Assembly: GCA_902783785.1 (NCBI GenBank)
Contig: CACZSH010000075.1
Location: 7,578-71,577 of the forward strand
Direction: 5' to 3'
DNA: 64,000 nucleotides
Source of the DNA: an uncultured bacterium
GTDB taxonomy: Bacteria; Cyanobacteriota; Vampirovibrionia; Gastranaerophilales; Gastranaerophilaceae
Shown: in pieces, positions 18,383-29,280 of the stretch
Layout: each line of letters opens with the position of its first letter
How positions within the stretch are numbered: the stretch's first letter is position 1
Made by a program: the position numbers and the translations under genes
The notes under the pieces: model-generated
What the model saw: only the letters and a program-made list of their open reading frames with translations
The model's database searches: none
Told to the model about the DNA's origin: nothing

Positions 18383-19453
18383 TTTGAATGCTTTTATAGA
18401 GTCAAAATCCATTTCTTTAACAAAACCTGGTGCTACAGGTACTATTACTTTTATTTTTTCGTTATCAACTTTTTTATCGCTGTACATGTATTTTATGATT
18501 TTGTCTTTATTGAACATATTCGGTTTATCTTTAAATCCAAATTTATCTATGAACGAAAAAGCTTTTTCTTTATAATTTGCATCAATTAATTGAAGTCGAT
18601 GAGCATAGTTAAAAATAAAATACATACCGTAAATAACGGCTTCACCATGAGTAAACGCTGAAAAATCGGTTATTTCCTCTAATGCGTGTCCATATGTGTG
18701 TCCAAAATTCAATATTTTTCTAAGTCCGCTTTCTTTTTCGTCTTTAGTTACAACAGCAACTTTTAGTGCTAAAGAAATTCTTATAATTTTATCTAAAAAA
18801 TTAAAGTCTCTTGCTATGATTTTTTCTGCATTTACATTTAGAAAATCAAAAAATTTATAATCAATTACATTCATGCAGCTTTTTTCTATGAATGCATATT
18901 TCAAAACTTCTCCAAGTCCTGATTTAAATTGTTTTTCGTCAAGTGTGTTTAAGAAATTTAAATTTATAAAAACAGCAGATGGTTGATAAAAAGAGCCAAC
19001 CATATTTTTTGATTTTTTGGTATTTATTGCAACTTTACCACCGACAGAAGAATCTACACAAGAAAGTAACGTTGTAGGAACTTGAATTAATCCGATACCT
19101 CTTCTATATGTTGATGCAGCAAAACCTGCCATATCCCCTATAACACCACCGCCGATTGCTATTAAATAACTTTTTCTTGTAAGATTTTCTTTTTCTAGTC
19201 TATCTATAATTTTTAAATAATTATAGATATTTTTTTCTTTTTCTCCGTCATTAATTATTAAAATTTTATTACTATCAAAATTTAGACTTTTACCATATAA
19301 TTTGTAGACTTTTTTACTGATTACTACAAGATAATTTTGTTCACCTAAAAAGTCCAATATGGTATTCTTTAAATTTTCTATAGGTTCTTGATTAATATGA
19401 ATACTATAATGACTTTCTTTATTAGGTATATTAACTTGTATATCGCTATTCAT
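18380..19453 (-). CDS. aroB: 3-dehydroquinate synthase
   Basis: IAIGGGVIGDMAGFAASTYRRGI, VPTTLLSCVDSSVGGK, and HTYGHALE. Confidence 0.92.
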   Translation of the reverse strand: MNSDIQVNIPNKESHYSIHINQEPIENLKNTILDFLGEQNYLVVISKKVYKLYGKSLNFDSNKILIINDGEKEKNIYNYLKIIDRLEKENLTRKSYLIAIGGGVIGDMAGFAASTYRRGIGLIQVPTTLLSCVDSSVGGKVAINTKKSKNMVGSFYQPSAVFINLNFLNTLDEKQFKSGLGEVLKYAFIEKSCMNVIDYKFFDFLNVNAEKIIARDFNFLDKIIRISLALKVAVVTKDEKESGLRKILNFGHTYGHALEEITDFSAFTHGEAVIYGMYFIFNYAHRLQLIDANYKEKAFSFIDKFGFKDKPNMFNKDKIIKYMYSDKKVDNEKIKVIVPVAPGFVKEMDFDSIKAFK

Positions 19454-19961
19454 TACAAATCCTTTTTTTTCTTATTTCTTCTACTATATTATAAATAGGC
19501 TTATTTTCTGTGTCAATAATTGTATGGGCTTTAGCATAATTATGCTCTCTTTGTTCAAGGATTGTTTTTATATTTTCTATACCAAATCCTTGTTTTAAAA
19601 GTGGTCTGTGTGTTTGATTTTTTATTCTTGCATAAAGTGTTTCCGGAGAGGCCTTTAAATAAAAGACTTGTCCATTATCTTTTAGTATTTTTTGATTTAG
19701 ATCTTTTTCAAATATTCCGCCACCTGTAGCTATAATTTGTTTATCGTATTTACAAATATCTTCTATCAATTTTGTTTCTAACTCACGAAAATAGTGTTCT
19801 CCAAAATCTTTAAATATATCAGAAATTTTTTTATTTTCTTTTTTTTCAATTTCTTCGTCAATATCTACAATTTTAAAATTAGGTAGAGCTTTATGAAGTT
19901 CTACACCAATTGTAGATTTTCCGGCACCCATCATTCCGATTAAAATAATATTATCTTTCAT
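19446..19961 (-). CDS. aroK: shikimate kinase
   Basis: IILIGMMGAGKSTIG Walker A. 171 aa. Overlaps both aroC and aroB. Confidence 0.9.
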   Translation of the reverse strand: MKDNIILIGMMGAGKSTIGVELHKALPNFKIVDIDEEIEKKENKKISDIFKDFGEHYFRELETKLIEDICKYDKQIIATGGGIFEKDLNQKILKDNGQVFYLKASPETLYARIKNQTHRPLLKQGFGIENIKTILEQREHNYAKAHTIIDTENKPIYNIVEEIRKKRICNE

Positions 19962-21120
19962 AGTGAGCTTTCATTTCTTCCAAGCTGTCACCACCGTATT
20001 TTTGAAGTAATTCATCAGCTAAAATACAAGCTACTCTAGCTTCTGCAACAATAGCACAAGCTGGAACAGCACAAGCGTCTGATCGTTCAAAATGTGCGGA
20101 TGCTTCTTCTTTTTTTCTTATATCAATTGTATTTAGAGGTGTTCTTAACGTAGGAATAGGTTTCATTGTACCTTTTATAACAATTGGTTCACCGTTTGTC
20201 ATACCGCCTTCAATTCCTCCGGCGTTATTTGTTTTTCTATAAACTCTTTTTTCTTTTGTGATGTATATTTCATCGTGCATTTGAGAACCCATTAATTCTG
20301 CGGCTTCTACACCTTTTCCTATTTCAACAGCTTTAACTGCAGGTATTGACATTATTGCTTGTGCCAATTTCCCATCAAGTGTTCTGTCTGCTTGTACATA
20401 AGAGCCTAATCCAATCGGTAAATTACCATATATTATTTCAAACTTTCCGCCTACAGTATTTCCTGCTGCCTTAGCTTTATCTATTTTTTCTTTCATCAAA
20501 TCTGTTGCAATATCATCTGCACATCTTAATTCCGAATGATCAGCAGCTTCTTTTATTAATGTATAATTTGGCGGTAATATTTCGGCTTTTACATCTGCTA
20601 TTTGAATTACATGAGAAAAGCCTGTTATATAAAATTCTTTTAATAATAGTTTTGCAATTGCTCCTACTGCTACTTCAATTGCAGTTTTACGAGCACTTGA
20701 GCGTTCTAGGACATCTCTTAAATCTTCTAAATTGTATTTTATTGATCCGGCATAATCTGCGTGACCGGGTCTAACAGTGGTGAAAGATTTTTCAGCTACC
20801 AGTTTTAAAAGTTCTCTGTTTGAAAAGTCTATTTCATCTACGCTCATTGGAATTTTCCAATTTTCCCAATCTTTATTTCTTATTTCAATACAAACAGGGC
20901 CACCGGTTGTTTTTCCCAAGCGAACGCCTGAAATAATTTCAACAGTGTCTGTTTCAATTTTCATTCTTGCGCCTCTACCGTAGCCTGATTGGCGTTTTCT
21001 TAATTCGTTATTTATAAAATTTCTGTCTATTTTTAATCCGGATGGTAATCCTTCAATTATTGCAGTTAATTTTATGCCGTGACTTTCTCCTGCTGTTAAA
21101 TATCTAAATTTTTGTTCCAT
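19951..21120 (-). CDS. aroC: chorismate synthase
   Basis: FRYLTAGESHG, RQSGYGRGARM, RPGHADY, and ERSSARKTA. Confidence 0.95.
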   Translation of the reverse strand: MEQKFRYLTAGESHGIKLTAIIEGLPSGLKIDRNFINNELRKRQSGYGRGARMKIETDTVEIISGVRLGKTTGGPVCIEIRNKDWENWKIPMSVDEIDFSNRELLKLVAEKSFTTVRPGHADYAGSIKYNLEDLRDVLERSSARKTAIEVAVGAIAKLLLKEFYITGFSHVIQIADVKAEILPPNYTLIKEAADHSELRCADDIATDLMKEKIDKAKAAGNTVGGKFEIIYGNLPIGLGSYVQADRTLDGKLAQAIMSIPAVKAVEIGKGVEAAELMGSQMHDEIYITKEKRVYRKTNNAGGIEGGMTNGEPIVIKGTMKPIPTLRTPLNTIDIRKKEEASAHFERSDACAVPACAIVAEARVACILADELLQKYGGDSLEEMKAHYER

Positions 21121-21145
21121 TGCTATTCCTTATGTATAATTTTAA

Positions 21146-21613
21146 TTATTTTGCATATTTTAAAAATATTTGTTGACGTGTTTGCATCATCTCTTCAACA
21201 ATAACTATTTTTCCATTTGGCTCTTGTTTTAGTATTTGATATATTTTTAATTTATCATTATCTCCAGAAGGTTGTCTTATTGCACTGACTTTATAACCCT
21301 TTGGTACTTTTGTTATTTTGATATTAGAATAATGATTCTTGTAATTTCTGGCTCTTGCAACTGTTTCACTTATTTTCATTTGTTTTAAATAGACTTGTGA
21401 ATTTGAATATACGTTAACAAGTTCTCCGTTAGGTTTTATAACTTGTCTTATTATAACTGCGTTTGGTGCATACATAGAACTTATTTCTTCACTATAACTA
21501 TTTGCTTTATTTACATAGTTATTAAAAAATTTTTTGGCATCTGCTTCTGTCATTGCATTTACTTGTAGAGCGGTTATAAAGATGACTGCTAAAGTTGCTA
21601 AAATATTTCGCAT
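21146..21613 (-). CDS. hypothetical exported protein (possible NTF2/SnoaL-like fold)
   Basis: Signal peptide MRNILATLAVIFITALQVNA. AGGAG SD upstream. Lies 25 nt upstream of aroC on the same strand. Confidence 0.5.
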   Translation of the reverse strand: MRNILATLAVIFITALQVNAMTEADAKKFFNNYVNKANSYSEEISSMYAPNAVIIRQVIKPNGELVNVYSNSQVYLKQMKISETVARARNYKNHYSNIKITKVPKGYKVSAIRQPSGDNDKLKIYQILKQEPNGKIVIVEEMMQTRQQIFLKYAK

Positions 21614-21650
21614 TATTTCTCCTAATTATTTATTGAGCTTATCTTAACAT

Positions 21651-21680
21651 AAAAAAAAGAAGCAGTCTATTGCCCGCTTC
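21651..21680 (-). terminator. terminator of ftsZ
   Basis: Minus strand: GAAGCGG-N8-CTGCTTC (one G-U pair) followed by T8. On the plus strand the same position is an A-C mismatch. Confidence 0.7.
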
Positions 21681-21705
21681 TTTTTTTATTATCTACATAA
21701 TCTTT

Positions 21706-22863
21706 TTATTTTTTTAAGAAATCAGGGATGTCTAGATTTCCATAACTAGGTGATGGTTCATTTACAGGAGTAGATTGTTGAGATTTTTTAGCTCCACCGT
21801 TAAATGCACCTGAGAAGAAATCTGCAGCCGATAATGATTTTGACGCTGTAGCTTTATCTTGTACAACATTTGCTTTTAATTCAAAACCTGTTGCGATGAC
21901 AGTAATTTGAACTTCAGTTTGAATATCATTATTGATAACTGCACCTGTGATAACTCTTGCATCATCACTTATAGCATCATTTATAATATTTGCAGCTTCA
22001 GTTACTTCATGCAGAGTTAAATTTGGTCCGCCTGTTATATTAACAATAACACCTTGTGCACCATGAATTGAGGCTTCAAGAAGTTTTGAATCGATTGCAT
22101 TTTTAGCGGCTTCTACTGCTCTGCCTTCGCCTTCGCCTCTTCCGATACCCATTAATGCTGAACCTGAAGATTTCATAACTGAACGAACATCTGCAAAGTC
22201 AACGTTGATTAAACCTGGTATTGTGATAATATCAGAAATACCTTGAACACCTCTTAAAAGTACTTCGTCTACTATCGAAAATGATTCTTGTAAAGATATT
22301 CTTTTATCAACTACTTCTAGTAATTTTTCATTAGGTATTACAATAAGAGCATCAACAGCATCTCTCAATTTTTCTAAACCTTGGATAGCTTGAGACATTC
22401 TGCGTTTTCCTTCAAAAGAGAATGGTTTTGTAACAACGCCTACTGTAAGAATACCCATATCTTTAGCAGTTTTAGCAACTATCGGTGCCGCTCCGGTACC
22501 TGTTCCGCCGCCCATACCGGCTGTTATAAATACCATATCTGCACCTTCAAGTGCATCTGCTATTTCTTTTTGAGCTTCTTCCGCCGCTTTTTCACCTACT
22601 TGAGGTTCTCCGCCTGCACCTAATCCGTTAGTTAAAGATTTACCCAATTGAATTTTATTTTTTGCTGATGAACAATTTAACACTTGTAAATCAGTATTCA
22701 TTAAATAGAATTCAACATTTGATAATCCTTCTTTTATCATTCTGTTTACGGCATTTCCGCCACCGCCGCCAACTCCGATTACTTTGATTACGGCAGGACT
22801 TATACCAACATTTGCCATTGATGAGTCATTACTTAAAAATAAATTTGAATTATAATTTTCCAC
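21706..22863 (-). CDS. ftsZ: cell division protein FtsZ
   Basis: [40 protein letters not shown], and C-terminal [11 protein letters not shown] start 7 nt after GAGGA. Confidence 0.97.
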   Translation of the reverse strand: MENYNSNLFLSNDSSMANVGISPAVIKVIGVGGGGGNAVNRMIKEGLSNVEFYLMNTDLQVLNCSSAKNKIQLGKSLTNGLGAGGEPQVGEKAAEEAQKEIADALEGADMVFITAGMGGGTGTGAAPIVAKTAKDMGILTVGVVTKPFSFEGKRRMSQAIQGLEKLRDAVDALIVIPNEKLLEVVDKRISLQESFSIVDEVLLRGVQGISDIITIPGLINVDFADVRSVMKSSGSALMGIGRGEGEGRAVEAAKNAIDSKLLEASIHGAQGVIVNITGGPNLTLHEVTEAANIINDAISDDARVITGAVINNDIQTEVQITVIATGFELKANVVQDKATASKSLSAADFFSGAFNGGAKKSQQSTPVNEPSPSYGNLDIPDFLKK

Positions 22864-23001
22864 CTATTTTTCCTCTTCTTTATTTCTTTAAACCAATAAT
22901 ATTTTAAATATAAAATTTTTACAAGTTAATTTTTATAAAATTATGCTTTAATACTATCTAATTTTCAAATTTTTGGCATTTTTGTTACAAAAACTTAATA
23001 T

Positions 23002-23029
23002 TTAAAAAGAGGAGCTTAAAACTCCTCTT
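23002..23029 (-). terminator. terminator of pepA
   Basis: AAGAGGAG-N7-CTCCTCTT followed by T-rich sequence on the minus strand. Confidence 0.6.
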
Positions 23030-23032
23030 CGA

Positions 23033-24439
23033 TTAGTTATTTAAAATATAATTTATTAAAGCTCTTACACCTGCGCCTGTTGCACCTTTAATATAATATT
23101 TTTGAGCAGAATCCAAAAATGCTACACCTGCAATATCTATGTGTGCCCATTTTTGACCTTCTTTTACAAAGTTTTGCAGGAAGATTGCAGCTGATGATGC
23201 ACCGCCCCAGCGTCCGCCTGAATTTTTAATATCGGCCATTTCGCTTTTTAGTCCATCACCATATTCTTTATACATTGGTAATTGCCAATATCTTTCTCCG
23301 GCTTTATCTGCTGATTTTATTAATCTATCAATCAAATCTTGGTCATTGCCAAAAATTCCTGCAGCTTGTGTTCCTAATGCAACCATGCATGCTCCGGTTA
23401 ATGTTGCTAAATCTATTACTTCGTCAACTTTAAGTTCGCAAGCATAACATAATGCATCTGCAAGTGTTAATCTTCCTTCTGCATCTGTGTTGTCTACTTC
23501 AATTGTTTTACCGTTTCTTGCTGTTAAGATATCTCCTTGTTTATATGCTGAACAACCCGGCATATTTTCACAAGCCGCTATTATTCCATGTACTTCTATT
23601 TGTGCGTTTAATTCTTTTAATTTGCTCATCACTCCCAGTACGCAAGCTGCTGCTGACATATCGTCTCTCATTGTTAACATTGATGATGCGGGTTTTATAT
23701 TTAGTCCGCCTGAATCAAATGTTATTCCTTTACCTATTATTGCTATTTTCTTTTTAGCATTTTTAGGTGCATATGTTATATGTATGAATTTAGGGTCTTC
23801 AGAGCTTCCTTTTCCTACCGCATAAAAAGCTCCCATATTCATTTCTTCTATTTCATAGCCACTGTATACTTTTGTGTTTAATTCGATATTTTGTGCAATT
23901 TCTGCAAGTTTTGTCGGGGTCATTACTGATGCCGGTTCGTTCGCGTAATTTCTTGCTGTTTCCATTGCTGATATTGTTATTTCCGCAATTTTTAAATCAT
24001 CTTCTTTTATATCAAGTGATACTATTATTTCTTCTTCGTTATCTTCATCTTTATTCGATTTGTATTTATCAAATTTGTAATTACCTATTAAAAGACCTTC
24101 TGCAAGTTCTCTTTTGTATTCGTCTAAATTTTCAAAATCAACAGCAACAGTTTTTGCTTTTATAGAGTTTACTTTGTTAGTTATTTTTGCGCCAATTTCT
24201 CTAACTTTATCCGAAGTTAAGTCTTCTTTTTTACCTATTCCCATTACAAGTATTTTTCGTGCAGGTATTTTATCATATGTTTGTAAAAGATAAGATTCTT
24301 TGAACTTACCTTTAAAATTATCTTCTTCTACTGCATATTTGTTTGCTAATTCTTGTGAGGTTTTTTCACCTTCAAACATGTTTACTACAAGTACATCACA
24401 AACTTGTTCTTTTAAATTTTCATTTCTTTCGATTTTCAT
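23033..24439 (-). CDS. pepA: leucyl aminopeptidase (M17)
   Basis: GKGITFDSGGLNIKP and NTDAEGRLTLADAL. Start placed at ATG 24439 (MKIERNE), which has AGGA upstream. Confidence 0.9.
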   Translation of the reverse strand: MKIERNENLKEQVCDVLVVNMFEGEKTSQELANKYAVEEDNFKGKFKESYLLQTYDKIPARKILVMGIGKKEDLTSDKVREIGAKITNKVNSIKAKTVAVDFENLDEYKRELAEGLLIGNYKFDKYKSNKDEDNEEEIIVSLDIKEDDLKIAEITISAMETARNYANEPASVMTPTKLAEIAQNIELNTKVYSGYEIEEMNMGAFYAVGKGSSEDPKFIHITYAPKNAKKKIAIIGKGITFDSGGLNIKPASSMLTMRDDMSAAACVLGVMSKLKELNAQIEVHGIIAACENMPGCSAYKQGDILTARNGKTIEVDNTDAEGRLTLADALCYACELKVDEVIDLATLTGACMVALGTQAAGIFGNDQDLIDRLIKSADKAGERYWQLPMYKEYGDGLKSEMADIKNSGGRWGGASSAAIFLQNFVKEGQKWAHIDIAGVAFLDSAQKYYIKGATGAGVRALINYILNN

Positions 24440-24631
24440 GTTTTTTCCTTTCTTTATATAAATTAATAATAGCATATAAAATTTTTTATTGTTATGGTAA
24501 AATTTTATCAGATAGTAGATATAAACATTTTTGAAAATATATGCAATAAAATTTATTTAGTTTTAATTTGAATATTGACCCGTTAGGCTATATGTAGCGG
24601 GTATTGCGTGTATTATAAAAAATAGAAAAGG

Positions 24632-26158
24632 ATGAATATGAACTTGACTTTAATGATTGCAATCATAGCACTTGTAGTGCTTGTTGCTTTGCTTATCATT
24701 CAGCAAACAAAATTCAAAGCTTTAAAGAATGATACAGAAAAGAGTATGGCAGATTTAGCTGAAAAAGAACAATTACTTCAAAAAGAAGCTTTATTAAAGG
24801 CGAAAGAAGCTTTACAAGAAGAAAGAGAACAATTTAATGAAGAAGAAAGAGAAAGAAGACAAGAAATTCAAAGATTAGAAGCTAAATTAGCAAAAAGAGA
24901 AGATGTTTTAGAAGATAAAATTCAAGATGCTGAAGAAAAAGTTTCTCAAAACCAAAGAAAAATGGATGAACTTCTTGATAAGGAAGACCATCTTAATAAT
25001 TTAATTCAACAACAAACTTCCGAACTTGAAAGAATTTCAGGAATGTCAGCAGAAGAAGCTAAAAATCAGTTATTAGAACAATTAAAAACAGATTTAGCTC
25101 AAGAACAAATGCAATTAATAAAAGAAAATGAAGCAAAAATAAGAGAAGTTTCTCTTGAAAAATCAAAAGAAATTCTTACAACAACAATGCAGAGATGTAT
25201 GATTGAACAAGTTGTTGAAAGTACAGTTTCTGTTGTTACATTGCCAAGTGATGAAATGAAAGGTCGTATTATTGGCCGTGAAGGTCGTAACATTAGAACA
25301 TTAGAAACTTTAACAGGTGTTGATTTAATTATTGATGATACGCCTGAGGCTGTTGTTTTATCTTGTTTTGATCCCGTAAGACGTGAAATTGCTAAGCTTG
25401 CTTTAGAAAAGCTTATTGCTGATGGTCGTATACACCCTGTAAGAATTGAAGAAATTGTTGAACAATCAAGAGAAGAAATCGAAAAGAAAATTATATCAGA
25501 GGGTGAAAATGCCGCACTAGATATGGGTATTATGGGTTTAAATAAAGAGTTAATTAAAAATTTAGGCCGTTTATATTACAGAACAAGTTATGGACAAAAT
25601 GTTTTAAAACATTCTCTAGAGGTTGGTCATATTGCAGGAATGCTTGCAAGTGAACTTCATGCAGATGTTAATGTTGCAAAAAGAGCAGGTCTTTTACACG
25701 ATATTGGTAAGGCAGTTGATCAAACTCAAGAAGGTACTCATATTCAATTAGGTGTGGAATTAGCTCAAAGATATGGTGAAAAACAAGACATTTTACATGC
25801 TATTGAAGCTCACCATGATGATGTTACTGCGAATACTATCGAAGCAGTTTTAGTAAAAATTGCTGATGCTATTTCTGCAGGCAGACCTGGGGCAAGACGT
25901 GATACTTTAGAAATTTATATCAAACGTCTACAAAAAATAGAAGAAATTGTTAATAGTTTCCAAGGTATTAAACAATCATTTGCTGTTCAAGCTGGTCGTG
26001 AGGTTAGAGTTATTGTTCAATCTGAAATGTTCGATGATTTAGCTTCTCAAAAATTGGCAAGAGATGTTGCTAAGCGTATTGAAGATGAACTTGATTACCC
26101 TGGTCAAATTAGAGTTACAGTTGTAAGAGAGTTTAGAACAACTGAAATTGCTAAGTAG
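24632..26158 (+). CDS. rny: ribonuclease Y
   Basis: N-terminal TM helix, long charged coiled coil, KH domain ([15 protein letters not shown]) and HD domain (LLHDIGKA...HH). ATG 24638 is an equally plausible start. Confidence 0.92.
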   Translation: MNMNLTLMIAIIALVVLVALLIIQQTKFKALKNDTEKSMADLAEKEQLLQKEALLKAKEALQEEREQFNEEERERRQEIQRLEAKLAKREDVLEDKIQDAEEKVSQNQRKMDELLDKEDHLNNLIQQQTSELERISGMSAEEAKNQLLEQLKTDLAQEQMQLIKENEAKIREVSLEKSKEILTTTMQRCMIEQVVESTVSVVTLPSDEMKGRIIGREGRNIRTLETLTGVDLIIDDTPEAVVLSCFDPVRREIAKLALEKLIADGRIHPVRIEEIVEQSREEIEKKIISEGENAALDMGIMGLNKELIKNLGRLYYRTSYGQNVLKHSLEVGHIAGMLASELHADVNVAKRAGLLHDIGKAVDQTQEGTHIQLGVELAQRYGEKQDILHAIEAHHDDVTANTIEAVLVKIADAISAGRPGARRDTLEIYIKRLQKIEEIVNSFQGIKQSFAVQAGREVRVIVQSEMFDDLASQKLARDVAKRIEDELDYPGQIRVTVVREFRTTEIAK

Positions 26159-26178
26159 TAATTATATTTATGAATTTG

Positions 26179-26210
26179 TCTAACCCGAATCTAATTCGGG
26201 TTAGATTTAT
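26179..26210 (+). terminator. hairpin/terminator after rny
   Basis: TCTAACCCGAAT-cta-ATTCGGGTTAGA, 12-bp perfect arms, followed by TTTAT. It lies inside the rny-ymdB gap, so it may only attenuate. Confidence 0.65.
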
Positions 26211-26230
26211 AATAAAATCAGGAATTAAAC

Positions 26231-27073
26231 ATGCAAAATAATATTATAAAAATTTTATTTTTTGGTGATATTGTAGGTCGTGTCGGCCGTAATGCTGTTA
26301 TTCAATATTTATCTGAATTATCAGAAAAAAATCAAATGCCTGATTTTGTTATCGCTAACGTTGAAAATGCATCTCATGGTTTTGGTTTAACTTCAAAAAA
26401 TTATAACGAACTTGCTGATGCAGGTATCAATTGTATGACAAGCGGTAATCATATTTGGGATAAAAAAGATATTTTTAGTATTTTTGAAAATTCAAATATT
26501 CTTTTAAGACCTTATAATTATGAGAAATCTGTTTGTGGTGAAGGATTAAAATATTTTGAAGTAAATGGATATAAAATTGCTGTTTTGAATTTTTTAGGTA
26601 GAGTGTTTATGCAGCCTTTAGACTCTCCTTTTGAAATTATGAAAGAAAAGATTAAGGAAATAAGGAATATTACTCCAAATATCATTATTGATTTTCACGC
26701 TGAGGCAACTGCAGAGAAAATTTGTTTTGCAAAATTTTGTTCAGAGTTGGGAGTAAGTGCTGTTTTTGGTACTCATACTCACGTACAAACGGCAGATGAA
26801 CAAATTTTATCAAATATGGCATATATTACTGATGTTGGATTTTGCGGTAGTATTGATAGTGTTATTGGAATGGATTATAACGTATCTTTAAAACGTGTTT
26901 TAACACATTTACCATATAGATATGAAGTCGCATCAGATACTTTTGCTCAAATTAATGCTGTTGAAATTTCTCTTGATTTATTTACGGGAATGGCAACAGA
27001 TATAAAAAGAATTAATTTTAATTTAGATACAAGTAAAAAAAAGGAGATTGAAAGTGAAAAATCAATTGAATAA
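26231..27073 (+). CDS. ymdB: YmdB-family metallophosphoesterase (2',3'-cyclic-nucleotide phosphodiesterase-like)
   Basis: ILFFGDIVGRVGR, ANVENASHGFGLT, and TSGNHIWDKK. Sits immediately after rny, the same gene order as in Bacillus. Confidence 0.85.
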   Translation: MQNNIIKILFFGDIVGRVGRNAVIQYLSELSEKNQMPDFVIANVENASHGFGLTSKNYNELADAGINCMTSGNHIWDKKDIFSIFENSNILLRPYNYEKSVCGEGLKYFEVNGYKIAVLNFLGRVFMQPLDSPFEIMKEKIKEIRNITPNIIIDFHAEATAEKICFAKFCSELGVSAVFGTHTHVQTADEQILSNMAYITDVGFCGSIDSVIGMDYNVSLKRVLTHLPYRYEVASDTFAQINAVEISLDLFTGMATDIKRINFNLDTSKKKEIESEKSIE

Positions 27074-27088
27074 TAGGAGGTATTTATA

Positions 27089-27946
27089 ATGAAGGGTGAT
27101 TATCATATTCATACTTGCTATTCAGATGGTGTATATTCACCTGAAAAAGTTGTTGATTTGGCTATTGATGCAGGTTTAGACGTTATTGCATTAACTGACC
27201 ATGATAATATTTTGTCTTTTGATATTGCAAAAAATTATATTGAGCATGAAAATTTAAAAGATAAAATAGAAATTATCCGAGGTATTGAAGTTAATACTTT
27301 ATATAAAGATTATGAAGTTCATATTTTAGGCTATTTTATGGATGTTAATAATTCTGATTTTCAAGAAATGATTAATTATCAACAACAAGCCAGAATAACT
27401 CAAACTCATGAAATTTTAGAATTGTTACGTAAAAAAGAGGGAATAAATATTTCTTTTGAGAATATTACCAAACTTGTTGCAGAACAAGGAAGTATTGGTA
27501 GACCTCATATTGCAAAAGCTATTACTTCAGTTGGGGGTACTGCTAATGTTATGGAAGCTTATTCAAAATATATAAATAATAATTCTCCCGTTTATGTGAA
27601 GAGAAAGACTGTTTCACCTCATGATGCCGTCGAAATTATTTATGAAGCCGGTGGAATACCTGTTATTGCTCATCCTCATGATATTGATATAGCAGAAGAA
27701 TTAATTAAAGAGTTGATGAATAATGGATTGAGAGGAATTGAAGCGTATCACAGAAAACATTCTCCGGCTATTGTTGAATATTTTTCTTCTATGGCAGAAG
27801 AATTAGGTCTTATTGTAACAGGTGGTTCTGATTTTCATGCTCCAAATCCTGTTAACGGACAAATACTTTTGGGTAAAAACTTTATTCCTGATACAGTATA
27901 TGATAATTTGATAAAAGAAAAGAAAAGATTGGATATGGCTAGATAA
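27089..27946 (+). CDS. PHP-domain phosphoesterase (TrpH/YciV-like)
   Basis: GDYHIHTCYSDG, ALTDHDN, IAHPH, and GGSDFH. AGGAGG SD upstream. Confidence 0.8.
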   Translation: MKGDYHIHTCYSDGVYSPEKVVDLAIDAGLDVIALTDHDNILSFDIAKNYIEHENLKDKIEIIRGIEVNTLYKDYEVHILGYFMDVNNSDFQEMINYQQQARITQTHEILELLRKKEGINISFENITKLVAEQGSIGRPHIAKAITSVGGTANVMEAYSKYINNNSPVYVKRKTVSPHDAVEIIYEAGGIPVIAHPHDIDIAEELIKELMNNGLRGIEAYHRKHSPAIVEYFSSMAEELGLIVTGGSDFHAPNPVNGQILLGKNFIPDTVYDNLIKEKKRLDMAR

Positions 27947-28587
27947 TGATAAAAAAAGCATTTACTTTAGTTGAGATTGGTATTGTTTTTTCTTTAATAT
28001 TGATTGTTTCAGCGTTGGTTATTCCTCTTGCTATTGATGACTCAAAAAAAGTTAGAGAAATTAGTAATTGGAGACATACGTTTGATAATGTTGAATATGC
28101 TTTTCAATCTATGTTTATTGATAATTCTGATGAATATCAAAATCAGTTGTCATTAAAGATTAAAAAAGCAAAAAATTCAAATATTATTGAAGATATTGTT
28201 TTTGATGAGTTTAAACCTTATTTACGTGTTGAAAGTAAATTCGAAAGTAAAAAGTATAAGCCAAGATATTTGAATCACGATAGAGTAAAAGAGGGTCAAT
28301 ATTATTATTTTGACAAGCTATATTTAACTCAAAATAATGAAATAGTCGGTATAAAGTGGCTTGGTGAACTTTATGATAAATCTTCTCTTCTGGCTTTAAT
28401 GTTTGACGTTAATGGTGAAATTGGCCCTAATATGTGGGGAAAAGATATTTTTGGCGTTAATGTATACAAAGACAAGCTCGAACCTTTTGGGAAGAATATT
28501 CCTTCTTATGAAGTTAAACAAGATTGTTCCGAAAAAGGACGTGGCGTTTATTGTTCGTATAGCTACTTAACGGATGCTCAGTTTTAG
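27946..28587 (+). CDS. pilin-like protein with prepilin-type N-terminus (atypical Ala at -1)
   Basis: MIKKA|FTLVEIGIVFSLILIV with E at +5. C-terminal FDVNGEIGPNMWGKDIFG resembles the motif in the 10721 pilin. Its ATG overlaps the PHP stop codon (ATGA). Confidence 0.65.
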   Translation: MIKKAFTLVEIGIVFSLILIVSALVIPLAIDDSKKVREISNWRHTFDNVEYAFQSMFIDNSDEYQNQLSLKIKKAKNSNIIEDIVFDEFKPYLRVESKFESKKYKPRYLNHDRVKEGQYYYFDKLYLTQNNEIVGIKWLGELYDKSSLLALMFDVNGEIGPNMWGKDIFGVNVYKDKLEPFGKNIPSYEVKQDCSEKGRGVYCSYSYLTDAQF

Positions 28588-29276
28588 CTTTGTTTTTCTC
28601 TTTCTTGTAGTATTTTTGCAATTGCTTCAAAATCTTGCGGTGTATCTATATCTATTGAAGGTGCAATATAAACAACAGGTTTTTCGCCTATAAAATCATA
28701 ACATTTTCTCATTGCATCAGTTTTAACTATATAAATTGAACCTGTTTCTCCATATAGTGGCATATGTAAGTGAGTGTCTTGTCTTCGTGGTCTGTTTCTG
28801 TAATCATAAATTGCTTTCATTTCACCATCGAGAGTTTTATACCACTTTGCATGTGTTATACCCATTTGTTTTACCGCAAAACATGAATCGCAATCTGATT
28901 TTAGGAATAAATCAAATGCTTCATCTATTTGTTTTGCATCGCGAAGCGGGCATGTAGGCTGTAGAAGAATTACAACATCAGGTTTATAATTTTCTGTTTG
29001 TTCCAAATAATCTATTACTTGAATTAAAACCGGTATTGTGTGTGTTTCGTCTTGAGCAAGTTCCATAGGTCTGTCTACTACTTCACAGCCCAACTCAATT
29101 GCTACATTTTTTATTTTTTCACTTTCTGTAGAAAGAACAGTTCTTGTTACATATTTTGATTCCTGACCTGCTTTTATTGAATAGTAAATTAGAGGTTTTC
29201 CGTTTAAATCTTTTATATTTTTACCTGGGATTCCTTTTGAACCGCCTCTTGCTGGGATTATTGCCAATACTTCCAT
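28584..29276 (-). CDS. acylneuraminate (CMP-nonulosonate) cytidylyltransferase family protein
   Basis: LAIIPARGGSKGIPGKNI and LLQPTCPLR. Start set at ATG 29276, 9 nt after GGAG; the track start at 29291 remains possible. Confidence 0.8.
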   Translation of the reverse strand: MEVLAIIPARGGSKGIPGKNIKDLNGKPLIYYSIKAGQESKYVTRTVLSTESEKIKNVAIELGCEVVDRPMELAQDETHTIPVLIQVIDYLEQTENYKPDVVILLQPTCPLRDAKQIDEAFDLFLKSDCDSCFAVKQMGITHAKWYKTLDGEMKAIYDYRNRPRRQDTHLHMPLYGETGSIYIVKTDAMRKCYDFIGEKPVVYIAPSIDIDTPQDFEAIAKILQEREKQS

Positions 29277-29280
29277 TTTT

